Source: an uncultured Gammaproteobacteria bacterium (lineage in GTDB: Bacteria; Patescibacteriota; Microgenomatia; Levybacterales; UBA12049). From it: a DNA stretch of 64,000 nt. Where the stretch lies: the NCBI GenBank assembly GCA_964474445.1, contig CAYYSJ010000001.1, positions 345,377 through 409,376 of the forward strand, written 5' to 3'. The position numbers were made by a program, and so were the translations under genes. The notes beneath the pieces were generated by a model, which was not told the origin of the DNA, did no database searches, and saw nothing but the letters and a program-made list of their open reading frames with translations. Shown here piece after piece: positions 57,853 to 64,000 of this stretch (position 1 is the stretch's first letter; each line of letters begins with the position of its first letter).

Positions 57853-58766
57853 CAGCGGCCAAAACTTCCCTTCCCCATATTCCCTCTGTAAAAATCAATA
57901 ATGCCCTTTTTCTGCCATTCTCTGCCACGTACTAACAAACGCATACTTTCCCTGATAAGAGCTACTTTTGAACGAAGAGGCGCATATCGCATACCAAAAA
58001 GCATTCTATTGCGCGTGAGATAGTAATCATGCAAAATTGATCCAGAACCACCACCTGATGCAGCGGTGATATGCCACAAAACAGCTTGAGGGTGGTAAAC
58101 AATGCGAAAACCTGCTTTCAGAAGTCTCTGACTTAAATCACCATCTTCAAAGTAAAGAAAATACTTATTATCAAACATCCCAACCTTTTGCAGTGCTTGT
58201 CTTGATAACAGCATGCAACAGCCTGTTGCAAAACTGATGTCTTCTTCCCTGTCATATTGTCCCTTATCTACTTCATCTACTCCGCGATGTCTCGTAAATA
58301 CGTTAGCCCAATCAACATAGCCACCAGCAAACCAAAAGACTCTTCCTAACTCGTCCTTTTTATATTTTTCTAAATGATATTCATGGCCTTTTGCAAAATA
58401 AATCTTTGGCACAACAAGCCCTACATTTGCATCATGCTCAAATGGTTTGAGAAGCTCCTGGAGAAGCTCAGGATCTACAATCGTGTCATTATTGATAAGC
58501 ATGACGTAGTCTGCTTCATTCCCAAGGCCATATTCTATGCCAACATTACTTCCCCCTGTAAATCCTAAATTTTTCCCTGTGCTTAATAGCGCTATCCCTT
58601 TTTCCTTTTCTTCAGGAGTTAACGTAAAGGGTATTTTTGATCCATTATCGATAACAACTATTTCTACAATAAGACCTTTTGTATTCAACTTTTCTAAAGA
58701 CTGCAGACACGCATGTGTCTCCTTCTCACTATTGAAATTTATTGTTGCTATAACGACTTTCTTCAT
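57852..58766 (-). CDS. GT2 glycosyltransferase (rhamnosyltransferase-like WbbL-type layout)
   Basis: Motifs seen: VVIATINFNSEKETHACL, IVVIDNGSK, LINNDTIVDP, FYFEDGDLSQR. Confidence 0.75.
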   Translation of the reverse strand: MKKVVIATINFNSEKETHACLQSLEKLNTKGLIVEIVVIDNGSKIPFTLTPEEKEKGIALLSTGKNLGFTGGSNVGIEYGLGNEADYVMLINNDTIVDPELLQELLKPFEHDANVGLVVPKIYFAKGHEYHLEKYKKDELGRVFWFAGGYVDWANVFTRHRGVDEVDKGQYDREEDISFATGCCMLLSRQALQKVGMFDNKYFLYFEDGDLSQRLLKAGFRIVYHPQAVLWHITAASGGGSGSILHDYYLTRNRMLFGMRYAPLRSKVALIRESMRLLVRGREWQKKGIIDFYRGNMGKGSFGR

Positions 58767-59674
58767 ACGGTCAGTTTCCTCACAATTTTATATGCAACTT
58801 TCTTCAAAGGATTTTTTGTCGTCTCTATCGTTTTTGTATGTTCCCAATATCGTAATTCTTTTTGCAATACACGTGTTTCCCGACTCAGATGGGGTAAAAG
58901 CGTATGAGAGTCTACTTCAACAAACTTATGTTTCTCCCATAGGTATCCAAAAACAATGAGGTGGTAAAAGGCCATCAATAAGGAAAGCACCAGTCCATGC
59001 AGACCATCCTTATACCCTTGTCGTGCAAAATAACGACTGAAGAATTCTTTTGCAGGGAAACGGATACTATCTAAAAAATCAAATTTGTATCCTTTTTGCA
59101 GGAGTACTTCTGCCTCATTGGGAGCATAGGTCATTACCATTTTGTATAAAAATTCATGAATTGATTCGTAATTTGTGTGCTCCATTGGAGAAGAAAGATA
59201 TTCTAGAGAACCTTCAACCGCAACCATTTCATGGACGTGTACCTCTGGAAATTTTCCTTTTTCCCTTCTGAAGAGTCGAAGTTGATAATCTGGATACCAA
59301 CCCGTATGCTCTATCCACTTTCCAAAAATACTATTTTTTCGAGGAATCCAGTATCCATTTGCCACCGCTGATGTATTCGTAATAACTTCAGTAATTTCCT
59401 TTCCTAATTCTGATGTAATGCTTTCATCATCGTCTAAATATAAAATCCATTCTTTGCTTGCCTTAGTAAAACCAAAATTTTTATTTACATTCAGCATTGG
59501 ATTATTTTTTCGAATAAAGACATGCGGAGTAAATGTTTTTGCGACCTTCACACTATCATCAGAGGAGGTGTTATCAACGACAATAATTTCATCAGCAATG
59601 TCTTTTATAGACAGTAGACAGCGCTGTAGTTTTTCTTGACGATTAAAGGTCGAAATAACAACAGAGAGTGACAT
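58763..59674 (-). CDS. WaaE/KdtX-like GT2 glycosyltransferase
   Basis: Motifs seen: LSVVISTFNRQEKL, IIVVDNTSSDDS, LDDDE, YWIPRKNSIFGKWIEHTGWYPDYQLRLF. Compare the WaaE motif GWYPDRVTRLY. Confidence 0.7.
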   Translation of the reverse strand: MSLSVVISTFNRQEKLQRCLLSIKDIADEIIVVDNTSSDDSVKVAKTFTPHVFIRKNNPMLNVNKNFGFTKASKEWILYLDDDESITSELGKEITEVITNTSAVANGYWIPRKNSIFGKWIEHTGWYPDYQLRLFRREKGKFPEVHVHEMVAVEGSLEYLSSPMEHTNYESIHEFLYKMVMTYAPNEAEVLLQKGYKFDFLDSIRFPAKEFFSRYFARQGYKDGLHGLVLSLLMAFYHLIVFGYLWEKHKFVEVDSHTLLPHLSRETRVLQKELRYWEHTKTIETTKNPLKKVAYKIVRKLTV

Positions 59675-59676
59675 AG

Positions 59677-61128
59677 TTACTTAATAAAATGTGCCTTTAG
59701 TATTAGTATATCCTTTTTTACTTCTTCTTTTGCAAGAAGGTATGTGCAGGTAAGGTAGAACGCTGAAGCTACAATAATTTCTCCAAGAATAGCAGGGAGC
59801 GATACAGGCATCATTTTTATAAGAACCAGCAATACAACACCCATCATGAATGCTGACAATGCAGGAACAAATACGCCCTTTAATGAAAAAGAAACATACC
59901 GCTTGGTAAGTATAACAACAAGTACTACAGAAAAGGCAATAAAGGCAGAGGCAATAGCAACACCATTAAATCCAAAAAGATAGATACAAAGGGGGGTAAA
60001 TACCCACGTGGTAACTACCCAAAAGACCATGAGGGAAAGTGATACTTTTATTTTCCCTATCGCATTTAACGCATTTGTGAGCGGTGTAGAGATCGACGAC
60101 AATCCTGCATTAAGTGCAAAAAATGCTAAAGAAACAAGAGCAGGCTCCCACTTTTTATATTTTGGAATAATATCAATGAATTGAGGGGCAAGCAGAACAA
60201 GGCCGATAAGGGATGGAAAAATAAGCAGTGATAAAACAAAAAGAGACTTTTCTATTGCTTTTCCTAAAGAATTCTTTTCATGCTGAAGTCGTGAAAAAGA
60301 AGGAAAGGTAATGCGGATGATGTTATCCATAATAAGGCGAAGAGGAGTAAAAGCCCATTTCTGAGCAAAACCAATATAGCCAACTTGTGTTAACGGTAAT
60401 ACTTTTCCAATATAGGCAATCAGCAAATCATCTTTTATCAAGGCTAAGAGGCTATTTGTTTGGAATGGAATGCCAAATGATAACAATTTTTTAGCAACTT
60501 CTTTTGAGAAACCAACCTGGATTCTCCATGGTGAAATGATATAAATGGCAATAACCCCTGAGAGACCTCGAGCAAGCACTGCATAGGTAAAACTTGCAAC
60601 TCCCCACCCTTTTATTGCTAATACTACAACAACAATATTAAAAAAGAGCGTTTCAATAATTTGTGGAATAACAAGCTTCTCAAAGTGAAGGTCTCGTTCC
60701 AAAAGTACAGAAGGGATGGTCTTTAGAGAGGAAAGGAAAAATGACACAATTAACGCTTGGAAAAGAAATATCCCATTACTGTCTAAGTGGTAAAACTTTC
60801 CAATAAGAGGAGATAGCAGCAACGCTATAAGAACAACTGTTACCACAAGTCCTTCTTGAATCGTAAAGGTGGTTTTTAAATCCTCTTTTGTAATAGGCTC
60901 TTTTTTTTGAATTAAAGCAGCTGCAAGCCCGATATCTGAGAAATATTGTAAAAAAGCGATCACTGCACTGACGACAAAGTAAATTCCAAAAACTGCAGGA
61001 GAAAGGAAAATGGTCAGAAGTAAATTGACAACAAAACTGACTATTTGGATAAAAAATGTACGGGTTACTAAAGCAAATACTCCATGAATCGACCGCTTTG
61101 TAACCGCAGCGATATCAAGATCTTCCAT
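59677..61128 (-). CDS. Wzx-like oligosaccharide flippase (MOP superfamily)
   Basis: It has about 12 to 14 TM helices. I prefer the start MEDLDIAAVTKRSIHG at 61128, since the track start at 61245 overlaps the upstream GT2 gene by 130 nt. Confidence 0.6.
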   Translation of the reverse strand: MEDLDIAAVTKRSIHGVFALVTRTFFIQIVSFVVNLLLTIFLSPAVFGIYFVVSAVIAFLQYFSDIGLAAALIQKKEPITKEDLKTTFTIQEGLVVTVVLIALLLSPLIGKFYHLDSNGIFLFQALIVSFFLSSLKTIPSVLLERDLHFEKLVIPQIIETLFFNIVVVVLAIKGWGVASFTYAVLARGLSGVIAIYIISPWRIQVGFSKEVAKKLLSFGIPFQTNSLLALIKDDLLIAYIGKVLPLTQVGYIGFAQKWAFTPLRLIMDNIIRITFPSFSRLQHEKNSLGKAIEKSLFVLSLLIFPSLIGLVLLAPQFIDIIPKYKKWEPALVSLAFFALNAGLSSISTPLTNALNAIGKIKVSLSLMVFWVVTTWVFTPLCIYLFGFNGVAIASAFIAFSVVLVVILTKRYVSFSLKGVFVPALSAFMMGVVLLVLIKMMPVSLPAILGEIIVASAFYLTCTYLLAKEEVKKDILILKAHFIK

Positions 61129-61843
61129 AATGCAAGTTCTTCCATAATTGAAAACTCTCGACAATAGCACGAACAATGACACGAAGATTCCCACCACTTT
61201 GGTCTCCATACTTTCTTGGATAGTGATGAACTTCAACTTGGACAATTTTTAAATGGGCTTTCTTTGCTTTGGCTAAAATTTCCGTTGTAATCATCGCTCC
61301 TTCTGAATTGAGTGGAAGAATTTTCTTTATGGCAGAACGCTTAAACATTTTAAAACCACAATCGATATCCTTGAAATAAAATCCAAAGAAAATAAAATCC
61401 CAAATTTTCAGAAGATTCATCAATAAATGTCTAAAGGGATGATCAAGTCGCTTCATCCTACTTCCTATAACCATATCTGCTTGGTCAATCTTTTCCAAAA
61501 AACGCGTCACTTCAGAAAAATCAAATTGACCATCCCCATCTGTAAAAACAACCAAGTTATACTTTGCAGTTTCAAGACCGCTTTTTAGGGCAGCTCCATA
61601 ACCTCTATTTGGTTTATGTGTGATAACGCGAAGATGCTGAGGATCTGTTTTTGCTAATGTCTCCGCTTTTTCAAGTGTATGATCCGAGGATCCATCATCT
61701 ACCATGATAATTTCCCACTTGCTGGCTACTTGTTTTGCAACAGAGATTGCTTCTTTCACAACTTTTTCTATATTTTTTTCTTCGTTCCAGAAGGGAAAGA
61801 ATACGGAGAGCTCAGGTACTTTTGCGGTCATATATTTTGCCAA
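61115..61843 (-). CDS. DPM1/GtrB-like GT2 polyprenyl-phosphate sugar synthase (soluble form)
   Basis: Motifs seen: LSVFFPFWNEEKNI, IIMVDDGSSDHT, NRGYGAALKSG, VVFTDGDGQFD. Confidence 0.7.
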   Translation of the reverse strand: MAKYMTAKVPELSVFFPFWNEEKNIEKVVKEAISVAKQVASKWEIIMVDDGSSDHTLEKAETLAKTDPQHLRVITHKPNRGYGAALKSGLETAKYNLVVFTDGDGQFDFSEVTRFLEKIDQADMVIGSRMKRLDHPFRHLLMNLLKIWDFIFFGFYFKDIDCGFKMFKRSAIKKILPLNSEGAMITTEILAKAKKAHLKIVQVEVHHYPRKYGDQSGGNLRVIVRAIVESFQLWKNLHYGRS

Positions 61844-63542
61844 TCTCCCAAATTATAGCAAGAATAAGTATGATTACGCTAGTCAGAGAGATAGCATTAC
61901 TCAGATTTTCAACAAATGTTCCACGGTACGCAAAGGTGAGTTTATGCATTCCTGAAGAAAGGTACACCTTCATCCCTTGTGGAGCTCTTTGTATCTGGAT
62001 GGCTCTCCCATTATCAAATGCCTTCCACCCTGGAAAATACGCTTGATTCACAAAAACATAATGAGGAACACTCACCGTTAATACATCGTTTTTTTCTTGT
62101 GTTTTGAGCATTTCTTTTTGCACCATATGATCACGTGAAGGGACAATAAAAGAGTGAGGCAATTCTTCAGAACGTTTTGGCTTGGTAAAACGCTTTGGCA
62201 TGTATTCATCCGAAATCTTTGACGTTGTCCATTCAAGAAAACGTATTGCAGTTAAAGAATCAGTATTTACTGGTATATACAATTGTGGTTTAAAGTATTT
62301 ACCATACAGAAAAAGACCACTCATGACCACGATCAAGCATAGTCCTACACCAAGCATTTTTTGCTTTGAAAAAGCAAAAGAAACAACCATACCTCCTAAA
62401 AGAGAAGAAAAAAGTGACGCAAGGAGTAAATACCTCCAAGGATATTGTAGAAATGCCATTTGATGAATAACATTCCATATCACTGTTGAGATAGATAACA
62501 TGAAGAAAACACTTACGAGAAGTCCTGCAATACAAAGGATAGTTGCAACAAAAAGTTTTTTTTGTTTTATCACAAACGGGAGTAGCATAACTGCTAGAAC
62601 ACTCAGGAGTATATGCACTTTCCCTATCATAAATGAGAAACCGTCAATACATCCTGGAACCGATCCTCCAAAACCCCACGGACTTTGCCACAGTTGTTCT
62701 AAACACACGAAGTGATCATGAAAATCAGCAGTACCCCCCACTTGGGAAAGAACGTTGGTATATTGCATCTCTGTAAAAACAGGCAACCAATAAAACGTAC
62801 TCAGAAAAAGACCAAAAAGAACGGTAAGTAACAAATAAAACGCAGTCTGCAGTTTATATCGTGAACTAAGGATAAGGGCAACGCAGGTAGTAAGCAAAAA
62901 CGGAGTTATCATAAATGCTGAAAGATTATGGGAAAGTATAATCCCAGCAAACCCAATAGCTCCAACTATTGCCCACTTAACAATCGAAAATTGTACAATT
63001 AATATTTTATTTGGGACCTGTGGTAAAGAATGTATCGCAAGAAAAAGTTTATAAAATCCCCAAAATACGAGTGGGAAAAACACATATGCCCATAATTCTC
63101 CTATATCACCTCGCACATACATATCAACAGCATGGTACGGAGCAAAAAGGTAGAGTATAGAAGCAGCAAGTCCTCCCCATTTTCCCCACAACGAAGAAGC
63201 AAGAGCATACATCGTGACACCACTCCCAACCATTGCTATTCCAATCATTATTTTTGTTCCCAAAAGACTATTTGAAAAAAGAAAGACGAAAAAAGCACCT
63301 ATGTAATAGGCAAGTGGACCGTAAAAATTAAAGAGCGGATATCCATACCCATACCCCAAATCTTGAACCCATCGTACTGGAGCCATTCCATCCTTCAATG
63401 CCTTATACATTTCATAGACACGTTGTACCTGCACGTTGTCATGCACGGGGTAAAACCCATTATGAAAAAGTGGAACTATTGTGATAAGAGATAACCCAAG
63501 AACGATAATCAGTGGTATAAAAGAGAAAAGTTTACTTTTCAT
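61812..63542 (-). CDS. GT-C-like membrane protein of the HD...YVRGD[VI]GE family
   Basis: Motifs seen: PVHDNVQVQRV, FAPYHAVDMYVRGDIGELWAYVFFPLV, C-terminal YFPGWKAFDNGRAIQ and anchor LTSVIILILAIIW. Length is 576 aa. Confidence 0.55.
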   Translation of the reverse strand: MKSKLFSFIPLIIVLGLSLITIVPLFHNGFYPVHDNVQVQRVYEMYKALKDGMAPVRWVQDLGYGYGYPLFNFYGPLAYYIGAFFVFLFSNSLLGTKIMIGIAMVGSGVTMYALASSLWGKWGGLAASILYLFAPYHAVDMYVRGDIGELWAYVFFPLVFWGFYKLFLAIHSLPQVPNKILIVQFSIVKWAIVGAIGFAGIILSHNLSAFMITPFLLTTCVALILSSRYKLQTAFYLLLTVLFGLFLSTFYWLPVFTEMQYTNVLSQVGGTADFHDHFVCLEQLWQSPWGFGGSVPGCIDGFSFMIGKVHILLSVLAVMLLPFVIKQKKLFVATILCIAGLLVSVFFMLSISTVIWNVIHQMAFLQYPWRYLLLASLFSSLLGGMVVSFAFSKQKMLGVGLCLIVVMSGLFLYGKYFKPQLYIPVNTDSLTAIRFLEWTTSKISDEYMPKRFTKPKRSEELPHSFIVPSRDHMVQKEMLKTQEKNDVLTVSVPHYVFVNQAYFPGWKAFDNGRAIQIQRAPQGMKVYLSSGMHKLTFAYRGTFVENLSNAISLTSVIILILAIIWEIGKIYDRKST

Positions 63543-64000
63543 ATTGTTTTCGCATGATGAGTACTATGAGAACAAGCAAGCTACAAAGAGAAAGTACATC
63601 TGCAAAAAGTCTTACTGGCGTTTCTCGAAAACGCGCGATAACCGTATGATCTCCAGCAGAGAGAGGAAACTGCATCAATCCAAATGCATTTGCATAAGAT
63701 ACACTTACTCGTTTTCCATCAACCAAGACTTCCCAACCGGGGAAATAAATAAGATTGATTTGAACAACAGCATTTGTGCGAGATATGACATGTGCAGCCA
63801 GGTAACTCCCTTTAAATTGGACATTTGAGACAACACCATTACCTTGGCGTATTTCTATTTTTTTGTCAGTATACACAGTTGGCTGATTTTTCACCCAGCT
63901 TGGCATATATTCATTTTTTACTGTTGTTGAATCTTGGTTTGTACTGTAAAACGTATCAGGGAAGTTTTGATAGTTCGTTGGGAAAAGAAGACTCCAGGAG
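63532..64000 (-). CDS. C-terminal part of a further GT-C-like protein of the same family; N-terminus lies beyond the right edge
   Basis: The track shows only MPSW... from 63906. In my own translation the frame stays open from 63907 to 64000 with no stop (...SWSLLFPTNYQNFPDTFYSTNQDSTTVKNEY-MPSW). The C-terminal YFPGWEVLVDGKRVSV and anchor LSLCSLLVLIVLIM match 39839 and 61812. Confidence 0.6.
   Translation of the reverse strand, partial: SWSLLFPTNYQNFPDTFYSTNQDSTTVKNEYMPSWVKNQPTVYTDKKIEIRQGNGVVSNVQFKGSYLAAHVISRTNAVVQINLIYFPGWEVLVDGKRVSVSYANAFGLMQFPLSAGDHTVIARFRETPVRLFADVLSLCSLLVLIVLIMRKQYEK

Noticed and set aside
1-64000. CRISPR arrays, tRNA/rRNA genes, integrases, transposases, toxin-antitoxin or nuclease/ATPase defence genes
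   Set aside because: No short direct-repeat and spacer periodicity, cloverleaf-sized conserved segments, or recombinase, nuclease or ATPase motifs were found. The window is more than 97% occupied by glycan-biosynthesis CDS, so there is no space for such elements. 49254-49517 was examined specifically and shows no tRNA-like structure by eye.

Overview
This 64-kb window is AT-rich (about one-third GC by eye) and almost entirely coding. I call about 57 protein genes, 53 of them on the minus strand. Neighbouring genes often overlap by 1 to 4 nt (ATGA-type), and TGA is used as a stop codon. I see no rRNA, tRNA, CRISPR array, integrase or transposase.

The content is one very large glycan-biosynthesis and surface-glycosylation locus. 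It holds at least 14 integral-membrane proteins with GT-C-like architecture, in three recognisable sub-families. It holds about 13 GT2 glycosyltransferases, of which 4 look like DPM1/GtrB-type polyprenyl-phosphate sugar synthases and 3 look like WaaE. There are 8 GT4 glycosyltransferases plus one N-domain fragment, and 2 Wzx-like flippases. One O-antigen-ligase-like gene runs off the left edge.

Nucleotide-sugar genes are also present. GalE and a UDP-GlcNAc 4,6-dehydratase-like (PseB/CapD-like) enzyme are there, with three further SDR epimerases. A cupin ketoisomerase, a DegT aminotransferase and an N-formyltransferase sit together as a trio. A LbH acetyltransferase and a SAM methyltransferase are also present.

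An unusual block encodes an APH-like kinase, a sulfotransferase-like protein, an epimerase and a split transketolase. A secreted protein with two tandem LamG/ConA-like lectin domains sits between the two largest intergenic gaps.

Gene content and architecture suggest a bacterial genome, possibly of the Candidate Phyla Radiation (Patescibacteria) type. That taxonomic guess is inference only. Functional calls rest on motifs I read in the supplied translations, with no database search. Family-level calls are moderately secure and substrate-level calls are not.
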